From positions 1 through 64,000 of IMG/VR virus record IMGVR_UViG_3300029305_002015: DNA of 64,000 bases; one strand, written 5' to 3'. Made by a program: the position numbers and the translations under genes. The notes under the pieces were generated by a model, which ran no database searches, had not been told where the DNA came from, and saw nothing but the letters and a program-made list of their open reading frames with translations. This stretch comes from a virus. Taxonomy: Duplodnaviria; Caudoviricetes. Positions 29,614-39,724 of this stretch are shown one piece after another (the first letter of the stretch is position 1; each line of letters starts with the position of its first letter).

Positions 29614-31270
29614 ATCCTAATCTTGAAGTAAAATGATTTTCAATCCAATCAACTACGCCACTACCAAAGTCTTGTAAGAATAGAGCATGATCAAAATATT
29701 CACCAATTGCTTGGAAGTTAGCATTTCTTTGTTTAGCATATGTATCTTGTGAAGGCATTAAACCTGCTAAATTACATAGATAATCATTTAGTGTTTCATT
29801 GTACATAAATGATGCAGGGTCATTAGCAGGAGAAATAGACATTGCATTATATAATTCTTCGATAGTAAATGTAACTTTTACTGTTAGAGGAAATCCATTC
29901 ACAGATACATGGTTTGTAGATGGATTCTTAGTAATAGTCATATTTTGAATGATGCCTAATTGACAAGTACACATACCAGGAATATACGCTTGTACTACGA
30001 ATGGAGATGCAACAGTATTTGCAGAAATCATTCGAGGAGCAGTTAATGCAATTAAATGAAGTAGAGGTACTACAATATTCATGAAGTAGTTATATGGATC
30101 TCCATATGGTGTAGTTAATGTAATAGAGAATTCATAATCCATTATACTTTCAGAATAATCATAAATCTTAGGATAGATCATCTTCTGACCTTTGATTGCT
30201 GAAATTGCACCAGTAAATAGATTCTTGGTAAATCCTCCACCAACACCTTGTACAAGTTCACCTACAGCCTGACTAGCACTCTGAACAGTATCACCTAAGA
30301 AATTCATTAGATCACCAATCATACCAGTATCAGCATTTGAGTTAGTAATCCATGCAATTTCTGTACCAATACCTTTAGTAATACCATCAATCATACCTTC
30401 AATAAATGAATCTGCTGTAGTGTTTCTAAGTTGTTCTGTAAATGCAATTGGTTCTACCATAAAATCTACGGAAGATAATTTACTACTGATATTACCTAAT
30501 ACCGAACTTGCTGCAGATTGTTTAGCAGAGTCAATCCATTCTGCAACTTCTCCACTGGTTTGTCCAAGTGTTAATGTGTCAAGGATGCTTGCACCACTAC
30601 CAAAAAAGTTATCAATATTAACTCCAACAAACTTTCCTAATTGATCTGATGGATTGCTGTTACCTCTTTCAGCTCCCATACGATAATTCTGCCAGTCTAT
30701 AGAGTCAAAAGTCTCCCATCCACCACCAGATGTATGACATCCGTTAGGGAATGATGCTCCAGTTGTTAAACTCATATGAGTAGCTGCAGTCTTACACATG
30801 TAATTCACATTCTGAATATACTCATAGTAAGTTTCTCTAAATCCAAACATTCGTCCTTGTAGTTTCTTACCCATACCAAATATCATGGCACTACCAAGGT
30901 TATTAAATGCAGCCTCACCTAATGACATATTTCCTGCACTAGATACTACATCTCCATATATATTTAGTAATAGATTATACAAAGAAGTTTTATTTTGATC
31001 TCCAGTATAATGAGGCATGCCAGGACGTATATGGAGTATTGGACTATTCAACATAAAGTTTCGTAAATATTCATTTCCTAATTCACTATTGATCTCAGAA
31101 AATCTTTTATCAACTGAATCAAGTAATTGGAATGGAGCTCCAAATAATCTATTACTATATTGACTTATATATGAAGCACCACCGCCATCAGCGCCAGTCA
31201 TTGGGTTTTGACCATTATTGCCTTCTTCGTTTAATAATTGACCTACTAAAGATCCAGCAATGTTACTCAT
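29612..31270 (-). CDS. Putative baseplate/tail structural protein
   Basis: LFGAPFQLL N-terminus and C-terminal beta-rich segment (GIIQNMTITK...PLTVKVTFTIEELY) like tube/baseplate-junction proteins; ATG 31270 after GGAGGTG. Confidence 0.5.
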   Translation of the reverse strand: MSNIAGSLVGQLLNEEGNNGQNPMTGADGGGASYISQYSNRLFGAPFQLLDSVDKRFSEINSELGNEYLRNFMLNSPILHIRPGMPHYTGDQNKTSLYNLLLNIYGDVVSSAGNMSLGEAAFNNLGSAMIFGMGKKLQGRMFGFRETYYEYIQNVNYMCKTAATHMSLTTGASFPNGCHTSGGGWETFDSIDWQNYRMGAERGNSNPSDQLGKFVGVNIDNFFGSGASILDTLTLGQTSGEVAEWIDSAKQSAASSVLGNISSKLSSVDFMVEPIAFTEQLRNTTADSFIEGMIDGITKGIGTEIAWITNSNADTGMIGDLMNFLGDTVQSASQAVGELVQGVGGGFTKNLFTGAISAIKGQKMIYPKIYDYSESIMDYEFSITLTTPYGDPYNYFMNIVVPLLHLIALTAPRMISANTVASPFVVQAYIPGMCTCQLGIIQNMTITKNPSTNHVSVNGFPLTVKVTFTIEELYNAMSISPANDPASFMYNETLNDYLCNLAGLMPSQDTYAKQRNANFQAIGEYFDHALFLQDFGSGVVDWIENHFTSRLG

Positions 31271-31380
31271 ATAAATCACCTCCTATAATAAATTAACTTA
31301 ATGGTATAAAAATCATTATTAAATGTATATTATAATAATGGGTAAGAGATAATCAACGTTACTACTATAGGAGGTACTTT

Positions 31381-31665
31381 ATGGAAAACTTAACAAAGAA
31401 AAAACTGTGCGAACTGATTCTTCGCCAGTATGGTCATCGTGAATTAAAGATGCCGATGCCTGTTGATATTAGTAAGATCCCAACTAATGTCATCTATGGC
31501 TCTTCAACTATTGGGGTCTGTATGGAAGTACTAGGAATGATCGATGATTATGATGATGCAATGTACATCAAGAATAGAGGAGGAGTAGCTCTAATCTCTC
31601 ATGATGAGAACGGTGAACCTGCTGTTATATCATTCAGGGACATTCTGGATTCAATGAAAGAATAA
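31381..31665 (+). CDS. Hypothetical protein (94 aa), probably early
   Basis: GGAGGT SD, TATATTAT motif upstream, terminator downstream. Confidence 0.7.
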   Translation: MENLTKKKLCELILRQYGHRELKMPMPVDISKIPTNVIYGSSTIGVCMEVLGMIDDYDDAMYIKNRGGVALISHDENGEPAVISFRDILDSMKE

Positions 31666-31666
31666 G

Positions 31667-31703
31667 ATAAAGGGAGGGGAATCAACCCCTCCCTTTATTT
31701 TTT
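31667..31703. terminator. Bidirectional intrinsic terminator
   Basis: ATAAAGGGAGGGG-aatcaa-CCCCTCCCTTTAT plus T tract. Confidence 0.8.
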
Positions 31704-32625
31704 AATTATTTGAAGATTCTTTGAAGTAGTTAACAGCACTCTCATTGATGAGAATACCTTTACCATAACGAATACGACTTGCGAACTCACGGAACTGACC
31801 AGAAGGTTGACGGAATACAACATCAAACTGATTTAGAGTAGATTCACGTATTGCCATTGCAATCATATCATTCTGCATCTCTTCAGTAATATTAGTATTT
31901 TCCTTCATCAGTTTCTGCTGAATATAATTCAGAGCAATAGAAGTGGTAGATTCCATCTTCTCTTCAGCATCAGCAATAGGAGTAGTATCGAAGGTCATAT
32001 TGTCTTCTTCTTTTTTATCATTGATAATCTTAGATACATCATCAACAATCTTATCGATAGTCTTCTTCTTAAGAGCATCTACGAAATTATCATATTCAGT
32101 ATCACTGGTAATATCAACCAGCTGACTCTTGATCTGATCATCTTCAGTATCAGGTTTTTCAGGTTCAGGAATAGGCTCGCCAGTTTCCTGAGCATCTTTA
32201 AGCTCAGCCTCAGCTTCTTCCATATATCCTTTACCAATGTTATTTACTGAACGAATGATGAATTCAAGTAAAGGAGCATTAGTAGCTTCATAACAAGAAG
32301 TCATATATTGAGTAGCAGTCATACCTTTATTAGCAAGCATGCTATCAATATCCTGTTTCATCATACCATGATGTCCATGGATAAAGTCATGATCAAGAGG
32401 AAGGATCTTGCAATAAACATCCAGAAGTAGATGTTTATAACAATCATTCTTTAGATCATTACAACAATTGACAGCTTTATTACGCCATACTAATGCATTA
32501 GGGGAATTATTAAACCCACCAGGTCCCATTTTTACACTCATTGCTCCACCAGCAGGAGATTCATCATTATTCAGTTTCTGTTTAAGATTATCATAAAACT
32601 GAGTGAGATTGGTTTCGTTAGCCAT
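31702..32625 (-). CDS. Putative virion head protein (307 aa)
   Basis: C-terminal cluster of x-x-E-S motifs (KMEST, IREST, INESA, FKESS). Confidence 0.4.
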   Translation of the reverse strand: MANETNLTQFYDNLKQKLNNDESPAGGAMSVKMGPGGFNNSPNALVWRNKAVNCCNDLKNDCYKHLLLDVYCKILPLDHDFIHGHHGMMKQDIDSMLANKGMTATQYMTSCYEATNAPLLEFIIRSVNNIGKGYMEEAEAELKDAQETGEPIPEPEKPDTEDDQIKSQLVDITSDTEYDNFVDALKKKTIDKIVDDVSKIINDKKEEDNMTFDTTPIADAEEKMESTTSIALNYIQQKLMKENTNITEEMQNDMIAMAIRESTLNQFDVVFRQPSGQFREFASRIRYGKGILINESAVNYFKESSNN

Positions 32626-32736
32626 CTTTAAAACACCTCGTTTTCTTAATATATTTGAAGGTTACTTCTTTAATAGTTTAGTTATCAACCTGATCATAAC
32701 GTATATAAATTTTATAAAATATGAAGGGGTGATGAT

Positions 32737-34557
32737 ATGTCTGCATGTAAAGAGATCATCTTCTATGAAGATATTAATAACCCCGGTATGGCACGAGTCC
32801 TTGAAGATGAGGTCAGATACTGGTGGGAAATTAATAAGGATACTATGAAAATTAAACATAGTATCTTTGGAGTTATTAGGAATGAGGAAAGTCCTTCTAA
32901 AGCTCAAAAAATTCTAATTGTTCATTATGAAGGTGAAGCTGGTACTAATCCATTTACCTGTGATCATGAAAATCATCGTATTGATGTTATTAAAGAAGCG
33001 GAATGTACAAGTTTCGGTGAGGAAGATCATTGGTGTGAAGATTGTAAAATCTTCTTAGAAAAACTTTTTCCTCCAGGTTTAAATCATGATTATGTATGGG
33101 TGTCAAATGGTGATGCAACATGTTTAGAAGATGGAACTAAAACCGGTTCTTGCAGTAGATGTGATAGTGTGCTTGTTGAACCTGATGAAGGATCTGCATT
33201 AGGTCATAACTATATTAGAACTATTCATCAAGCTGCTACATGTATTGATAACCGAGTTGATGTTGATACATGTTCTAGATGTCAAGATAAGATTTTCTAT
33301 ACAATTGAAAATACAGCTCTTGGTCATACTTGGTCTAATGAAGTATATGATAATAATGCTACATGTGAACAAGATGGAACAAGAAGCGTTACTTGTAGTC
33401 GTTGTGGTTTAAGAACTACAACTACTGCACCTGGTACAGCGTTGGGTCATATGTATCCTAACGAATGGACAGTAAGAACTCAACCTACTGTAACAACAAC
33501 AGGTTTACGATATAAGAGATGTGTAAGATGTAGCCATGAGATTACTGAAGTAATGCCAATGGTTGAATTCCAAATTACAACAGACTATATCAACGGTATG
33601 GCAAGGAATACTGCTTTCAGTCAAACTCTGACAAGTAGTGCACCAACAGGTAGTACAACTTGGTCTCTATCTGCTGGATCTTTACCTACCGGTCTATCAT
33701 TAAGTAGTACCGGTGTATTAAGTGGTACTCCTACAACTACAGGGGTATACACGTTTACAGTTAAATGTATTTATAATGGTACTACTAAAACTAAACAATA
33801 TTCAGTTAATGTTGCAGCTGGATTTGTTACCGTCACATTCAATGCGAATGGCGGTACTTGTTCTGAAAAGACTAGAAAGATTGCATCTGGTTCTACAATC
33901 GGTTCACTACCAGCACCAACTTTAAGTGGTCAGGTATTTGGTGGTTGGTTTACTGCACTAACTGGTGGTCTAAGAGTAGACTCAACGTACTCTGTTAACA
34001 ATGATATTACACTATATGCTCGTTGGGGTCAATCTAGTGATATTGTATTTGGTGATGCAACGACACAGTTTAATATCCAGATTAATGGTGATCGTACAAA
34101 TTATGCAAATGCTCCATATACATTCTATCATAGATACACCAATGGATCTACATCTAACCTAACTTTACAAACTGCAATATCTAGTGTTAATGGTTCCAAT
34201 AATATGACCAGTACCAATAATACAGTAACATTGTATGTTAAGGTAACAAATAATGGTGCTGCTGGTAACTTCGATATTGGTTTCCATTGTGACTCTTATG
34301 TTGCAGGAAATGATAGAGTTATTGTTACAAGAATTGCTAATGGTGTTAATCTTGGTGGGTTCAATGTTACTGTTCCTTATGCAACTTCAATTTGGGTTGG
34401 TAACTATAGTCAGAGAACATCTAACCTATATGCAAATCATGCTGTTGGTACAACATCTGGATCTGGAGTTGACTCTGGTTATGCATTCACAATGAATAAT
34501 ATCTTTATCAATAATGGATCCTATGCAATACTTGAAGTCACTTTCAAACTTGGATAA
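32737..34557 (+). CDS. Surface/decoration protein with Cys-His repeats, Ig-like and InlB B-repeat domains
   Basis: About five ATC...CxxC...LGH repeats; GSLPTGLSLSSTGVLSGTPT (putative Ig); VTFNANGG...FGGWF...LYARW (InlB-B). Confidence 0.7.
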   Translation: MSACKEIIFYEDINNPGMARVLEDEVRYWWEINKDTMKIKHSIFGVIRNEESPSKAQKILIVHYEGEAGTNPFTCDHENHRIDVIKEAECTSFGEEDHWCEDCKIFLEKLFPPGLNHDYVWVSNGDATCLEDGTKTGSCSRCDSVLVEPDEGSALGHNYIRTIHQAATCIDNRVDVDTCSRCQDKIFYTIENTALGHTWSNEVYDNNATCEQDGTRSVTCSRCGLRTTTTAPGTALGHMYPNEWTVRTQPTVTTTGLRYKRCVRCSHEITEVMPMVEFQITTDYINGMARNTAFSQTLTSSAPTGSTTWSLSAGSLPTGLSLSSTGVLSGTPTTTGVYTFTVKCIYNGTTKTKQYSVNVAAGFVTVTFNANGGTCSEKTRKIASGSTIGSLPAPTLSGQVFGGWFTALTGGLRVDSTYSVNNDITLYARWGQSSDIVFGDATTQFNIQINGDRTNYANAPYTFYHRYTNGSTSNLTLQTAISSVNGSNNMTSTNNTVTLYVKVTNNGAAGNFDIGFHCDSYVAGNDRVIVTRIANGVNLGGFNVTVPYATSIWVGNYSQRTSNLYANHAVGTTSGSGVDSGYAFTMNNIFINNGSYAILEVTFKLG

Positions 34558-34566
34558 TTAAATGAT

Positions 34567-34603
34567 ATTAGGAGGAGGGATTATCCCTCCTCCTAATTAT
34601 TTT
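34567..34603. terminator. Intrinsic terminator
   Basis: TTAGGAGGAGGGA-tta-TCCCTCCTCCTAA between convergent genes. Confidence 0.8.
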
Positions 34604-34961
34604 ATTTCTTACGAGGTTTATTATGTTTATCTACTCCACGATTCTTGAGTTTAACCTTTTTATTTTTATCAAGTTTATCTGGATCTAGACATTCATGATT
34701 AGGATTATTTCCAGCAGGAACTAATTGCCATTCAATATTATCTTTACCTACATACATGGCAATATATGGAAAATCGTCTATTTCAATTTCATCTCCGTCT
34801 TCGATATCCTCATCGGTATCTTTACTTTTCAACTTCGACTTTTTATGAGCTTCCTTAGCTTCTTCTTTTTCCTGCTTTTCTTGTTCCTTTTGTTCCTTCT
34901 TATCTTCCTTAGCTTGTTCCTTATCGAGTTTCTCTTGTTCCTTATCTTTATCCTTAGCCAT
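34602..34961 (-). CDS. Highly charged small protein (K/E-rich coiled coil)
   Basis: SD GGAGGTG overlapping the end of the upstream gene; KEQEK repeats. Confidence 0.65.
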   Translation of the reverse strand: MAKDKDKEQEKLDKEQAKEDKKEQKEQEKQEKEEAKEAHKKSKLKSKDTDEDIEDGDEIEIDDFPYIAMYVGKDNIEWQLVPAGNNPNHECLDPDKLDKNKKVKLKNRGVDKHNKPRKK

Positions 34962-34964
34962 AGA

Positions 34965-37724
34965 TTACACCTCCTCGATAATTTCAATATTGGAAGAATC
35001 AATACGAATCATTTCAGGTACATGAGGTTGAAGTTGATCTTCACGTAATTCACTAATGTGATCATATTTAACAAATATCGATTGCTTGTTTGCATCATAA
35101 TCATTGAATCCAACAAATCTGATGTAACGAACATTCGGTTGATTGTTAATAATGATATGAATTAGATCAGATACATGAATATCAACCCTAGTACCACTGT
35201 TTAGAGAATCAAAGAATGTTTTGATCTCATTTACAACTGCTTCTACTGTTTGAGTATAAATAGATCTATCATATACTGCCATTCGGAATTTGATCTTAAC
35301 ATAAACATTATCCAGTAGAATGTCAGAGTTCCATAAAACATCATCGCCATCTTTTGGACCAATGTAATAGTTATTAGATCTTCCATAAGTATTAAATAAC
35401 TTAAAGTCAATACTAGAGTTTCCATCAAGTTTATTTAATACAGGCATCATTGCATCATACTGCTCATCAAATGCTCTAATGAAATAAGACATTTTCTCTT
35501 CATCAAGAGGAAGATCATATTTCAAGAATGGAATCAAAGATGCTTTTACAGTATAATTATTATTTTCTCCTTCGAAACCTATTACAGATCTCATCATACT
35601 CATAGGTTTATACAATGAAAGATTACGATGAGCATTACCAAACCTATTGGTCATTATATAACCCTTATAAGAATTATTACCAAAAAGATTAGTAGTGTAT
35701 TTACCTTCGAAATCCTTCATCATACATGCAAAGTGGAAACTAGTCTCCTGAGAATCAATAAATACTCTACCTTCTCTAGGACCAGTAGTAATCAGAGAAG
35801 TCATTCCAGGTGTACGATCAAGATCGACCTCAAGCATCATATCAGACTGGATATTGTCATATACTGCAATCTCAGTTTCAAATAATATTGCTCCTCCATT
35901 ACGTTTTTCAACAGGAGTCATTTCAATATAACCAGTCTCACCGTCTACACTAGATCTGGTAATCAATACTAGACGAAGATTATTATTGGCAACAGGAAAA
36001 TCTTCACCAACACCTTCAATGTATTTCAAGTTAGTATCAGTTGTAACTACAGGAACACAGATAACACTGAGTTTATACTTGTTATTATACTTTCTTGAAA
36101 TAGATCTCTCAACAGAAAATGTTGCTAACTGAAATTGATAGAAGCAATCTGTATTAACCATGATATCTTCTGGCCATGAAGTATCATTAATCAAACAATT
36201 GTAGTTTGCAGAAATAGTAGGATCTCTATAGATTTTAATGTAGAATGGATTTACAAACATAAACGGTCTATCAGTAGATAACTGAGGAATTGCTTCATCA
36301 GAGATCATTGCCATACCATCTGTACCTGTAACCATTCGTACACAATCTCTACAGATTTCTCCATCCTTATCTGCATATTCCCAAAGGTGACCGGGTTTAA
36401 TAATAAATTCTTGATTCACTCCATCTGCATCACTATTAATGAAGTCAAATTGATCTTGTGTAACTTCAATACCTAAAGTATTAGTAGGATACACATAAGA
36501 ATTATCATTAATAGCAATGAATTGAGAGAAGAGTCTACCAGAAGGATCATCTCTTCGTTTAAAGAATTCTGCACGAGTATTATATTTCTTAGCATAGTTA
36601 TTAAAGTATAACTGTAGATCTTGATCTGTAGTCAATACGTTAGCAGTATTATATGCTAATATAACATCATCACGCAGAAGTTCAATATCACCTTTATCCA
36701 ATCCGCCAACTGATCCAGTATAACACAAAGCTACCATTTTAGTGTTTGCATTATAAGAAAATCTCTCACCAGTCTTTTGGACAGGTACACCAGCTTTACG
36801 ATCATAAGAATCAAAGTTAGCAGCCTTTCCTTTACAAGTATAGATAGTAGCTTCAACTTTACTATTGAATGCAGGTGTAAAATAACCTTTATTACTAGAG
36901 AATGATAAAAGGATTTTATTATCATTAGAAAATGTATACCATGCGAATGGGTCAATATCTTCTTTAGTATATTGAACTTTCTTTTTCATTGGAAGTCTCT
37001 CACCTTGAGGGGTAATATATACAAGATCAATACCTGCAATTTGACGACTCCACTTCAGCTCAATATCACTATTCGTAGTAACTAGATTATCTGTAATAGA
37101 AACAGTTTCAACTTTACGATCAAATTCCTGTAAGTCTACAAATAATACTAGCCAGTTAATCGATGTAACTTGATGTCTTACATATTTATTCGAAACAATA
37201 GAAATGGAATTCTGTTCTTCCATATCATAGTATACATTAAATACTCTCTTACCATCAATGAATTGATGATCTATAATGATATCATAATCAAGACGATACA
37301 TGTTATCACCAAGGATAACTTTAGTATCTTTATCAATTACAAATCGTTGAGTATTAGAATTTTTAACAGCAGTAGAGTATTTAATGATATCAGGTAGCCA
37401 TACCTGTAATGCGAAACTGCAAGCACTCGGTTTAGCAAAAGTATATCCCAAGTTAAATAAAGATGCTTCCGAATATATGGAACTAGGAAGTACAGCTCTA
37501 GTGATAAATGACTCATTCATCATAAGTGATGCAGTACCATGAGCATCTTCAATTGCTTGAGAGATCATTTCAGAAGTAATACCAGTAAATCCTAGATTAA
37601 GTTTATTCATAGGAACAGTAGGAAATGCTTTAGGTATTAATACTTCTTGTATGAATTCTTTGATATCAAAGTTGCTTGTATAATTTCTTACATATACATC
37701 TTTATTTCCAACTTTCTCAAGCAT
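34965..37724 (-). CDS. Baseplate wedge protein (T4 gp6/baseplate J-like)
   Basis: NESFITRAVLPSSIYSEA, YTCKGKAANF, GGLDKGDIELLR...LTTDQDL pattern of wedge proteins; tail-module context. Confidence 0.65.
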   Translation of the reverse strand: MLEKVGNKDVYVRNYTSNFDIKEFIQEVLIPKAFPTVPMNKLNLGFTGITSEMISQAIEDAHGTASLMMNESFITRAVLPSSIYSEASLFNLGYTFAKPSACSFALQVWLPDIIKYSTAVKNSNTQRFVIDKDTKVILGDNMYRLDYDIIIDHQFIDGKRVFNVYYDMEEQNSISIVSNKYVRHQVTSINWLVLFVDLQEFDRKVETVSITDNLVTTNSDIELKWSRQIAGIDLVYITPQGERLPMKKKVQYTKEDIDPFAWYTFSNDNKILLSFSSNKGYFTPAFNSKVEATIYTCKGKAANFDSYDRKAGVPVQKTGERFSYNANTKMVALCYTGSVGGLDKGDIELLRDDVILAYNTANVLTTDQDLQLYFNNYAKKYNTRAEFFKRRDDPSGRLFSQFIAINDNSYVYPTNTLGIEVTQDQFDFINSDADGVNQEFIIKPGHLWEYADKDGEICRDCVRMVTGTDGMAMISDEAIPQLSTDRPFMFVNPFYIKIYRDPTISANYNCLINDTSWPEDIMVNTDCFYQFQLATFSVERSISRKYNNKYKLSVICVPVVTTDTNLKYIEGVGEDFPVANNNLRLVLITRSSVDGETGYIEMTPVEKRNGGAILFETEIAVYDNIQSDMMLEVDLDRTPGMTSLITTGPREGRVFIDSQETSFHFACMMKDFEGKYTTNLFGNNSYKGYIMTNRFGNAHRNLSLYKPMSMMRSVIGFEGENNNYTVKASLIPFLKYDLPLDEEKMSYFIRAFDEQYDAMMPVLNKLDGNSSIDFKLFNTYGRSNNYYIGPKDGDDVLWNSDILLDNVYVKIKFRMAVYDRSIYTQTVEAVVNEIKTFFDSLNSGTRVDIHVSDLIHIIINNQPNVRYIRFVGFNDYDANKQSIFVKYDHISELREDQLQPHVPEMIRIDSSNIEIIEEV

Positions 37725-37777
37725 TATATGTCACTCCTTTCATTTCATATGAGTTTCATGTAAAAACATAATTTACT

Positions 37778-39664
37778 TTAATCCGTGAAATGACCATCTA
37801 AGGCTGCACGATATAACAGAGAATCAGGAATCTTATTATAAGGACGGAATTTCAATCTGATAGAGGATCTATCCTTATTATAATTTACCCTATTTGGTAA
37901 CAGTGAAGGATCATTCAGTTCCATCTGAATAAACGGTGAGCCAACATATGGTCTAGAGGAGTGACCTAACTCTACATTGAAAGAGTTTTCAGATCTACCA
38001 AGTGTTACTCTTGCATTATCATTAAACTCAATCAATGAAATTGGTGATAAATCTTTCTTAAATGAATATCTAAATCTAATACTAAGTTTAGGTGTATTTC
38101 CAATTGGAGTTTCAAGATCCCAACTTAGTGCATTGGCTCCAGTACTAATAGGGAATACTCCATAATACTTAGACCAGTATAAGACATCCTCACCATCAGG
38201 TCCACATTTGAATACATAAACAGATGCACCATAGTCAAGAGTTTTAGTATATACATGACTACCATTTCTAGAAGTACTAATTCCATTGGAACTGTTCAAT
38301 GAATATGAAGGGCTCCATGCTCCACGTGCAACATTATCTATGTATGTGACCCACAATTTGATTAAGTTAATAATAGAATAATCCGAAGTCTCATTAAAGT
38401 TGCAACTAAATTCACCAGCAGCTCTACCAGTATACGCATCGCCATATACCATCTGGTAGTCATTCCAAGATTTACCTGCTTCAACGCTGCTAATTTCCTC
38501 ATCTTTAATGTCAAAGGAGGTAACCTGATTAGATAATAACATATTGAAATTATTATCATCATCACCACAACGTGATCCATCCACAAGTAATTTGAATAAC
38601 TCTGGATTGCGACGCCAAATTAAAGCTGACTCACTATGATTCAACGTTTGGGCATTAGCGGTTGGGTTAGTACCCCTAGTTAGAATATTCAAATCAGGTC
38701 TGGTAAAAAATACATGTGTAACTGATTTATTATGTGCCATATTAAGATCAGGCACTTTAAATCTATTATACATATAATATTTCATAGCTTTTGCTATTTC
38801 ATTATTACCATGAACTGGGATACCAAATGCTGCTCTTGCTTCCATCAATTTGTCTTCGAGTCGAGTCATAGCCACAAATCTCTTATCACCAGGGATAATT
38901 TGATAATCATACTTTGCTGCGAGTAGCCCCTGGGAGGCTCTTTTCAAAATTGGGAAACTTTGATTATTCTGAATATTTTCAATGTCATTATTCAGCATCT
39001 GGCGTTTCTTATTTGGATCTTGCCAAGCAGTCTTCTGATGTAGTACTTTTACACTATCATCAATTTGAACATTTGCACCTATACTTTTCTTTTCTTGAGT
39101 ATTAAGAGTTCTTAGAGTACCAGTACCTCTATTCTTATACTCAAATGATCCATCTTGACCAACCGCATCAGCTTGTGAAATATATTTAGTTGATGCAGCA
39201 GTAGTGGATACATTTCCTCCAGTTGTCTGGGTTGATGCTCTGAGACCAGTTCCCCAAGAGGATTGATCTTTCTTTATGACAAAAGCATCATTACTTAAGA
39301 CAGCTTGAGAGGATCGTCTGGTAACTTGTACTGTCAGATCTTCTTTACCTTGGTCGGTAGGTGGTAAACTAGGAGCGGGAGGATCAGGTTTAGTTTGAAC
39401 AGGTTGATGAGAAGATGTAACTACAACTATATCTTCAGGTCTAACCTGCCATACAACAACGCCATCGTTGCTACACCTAACTTTAGTAACAGTGGAGGGT
39501 AATCCCCATCTACTACCTGTCTTCCAGTTGTCATCAATTAAAACAACTTTACAGGTTAGAGGTCCACCTTCACCATACATTCTTCCTGATTTTGCTCGGT
39601 TACCATTAGTGACGTCTATGCCGCCATTTCGGATCTGAACAACATCTCCTACATAAACATCCAT
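37778..39664 (-). CDS. Baseplate/tail tube-like protein
   Basis: C-terminal HVFFTRPDLN...YWSKYYGVFP...LSIRFRY tube-like domain; adjacent to the wedge gene. Confidence 0.5.
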   Translation of the reverse strand: MDVYVGDVVQIRNGGIDVTNGNRAKSGRMYGEGGPLTCKVVLIDDNWKTGSRWGLPSTVTKVRCSNDGVVVWQVRPEDIVVVTSSHQPVQTKPDPPAPSLPPTDQGKEDLTVQVTRRSSQAVLSNDAFVIKKDQSSWGTGLRASTQTTGGNVSTTAASTKYISQADAVGQDGSFEYKNRGTGTLRTLNTQEKKSIGANVQIDDSVKVLHQKTAWQDPNKKRQMLNNDIENIQNNQSFPILKRASQGLLAAKYDYQIIPGDKRFVAMTRLEDKLMEARAAFGIPVHGNNEIAKAMKYYMYNRFKVPDLNMAHNKSVTHVFFTRPDLNILTRGTNPTANAQTLNHSESALIWRRNPELFKLLVDGSRCGDDDNNFNMLLSNQVTSFDIKDEEISSVEAGKSWNDYQMVYGDAYTGRAAGEFSCNFNETSDYSIINLIKLWVTYIDNVARGAWSPSYSLNSSNGISTSRNGSHVYTKTLDYGASVYVFKCGPDGEDVLYWSKYYGVFPISTGANALSWDLETPIGNTPKLSIRFRYSFKKDLSPISLIEFNDNARVTLGRSENSFNVELGHSSRPYVGSPFIQMELNDPSLLPNRVNYNKDRSSIRLKFRPYNKIPDSLLYRAALDGHFTD

Positions 39665-39724
39665 ATAGAACCTCCTAATAAAATCATTGAAAGTTAATTT
39701 TAAGTAAAGGAGTGATTAATTGTT

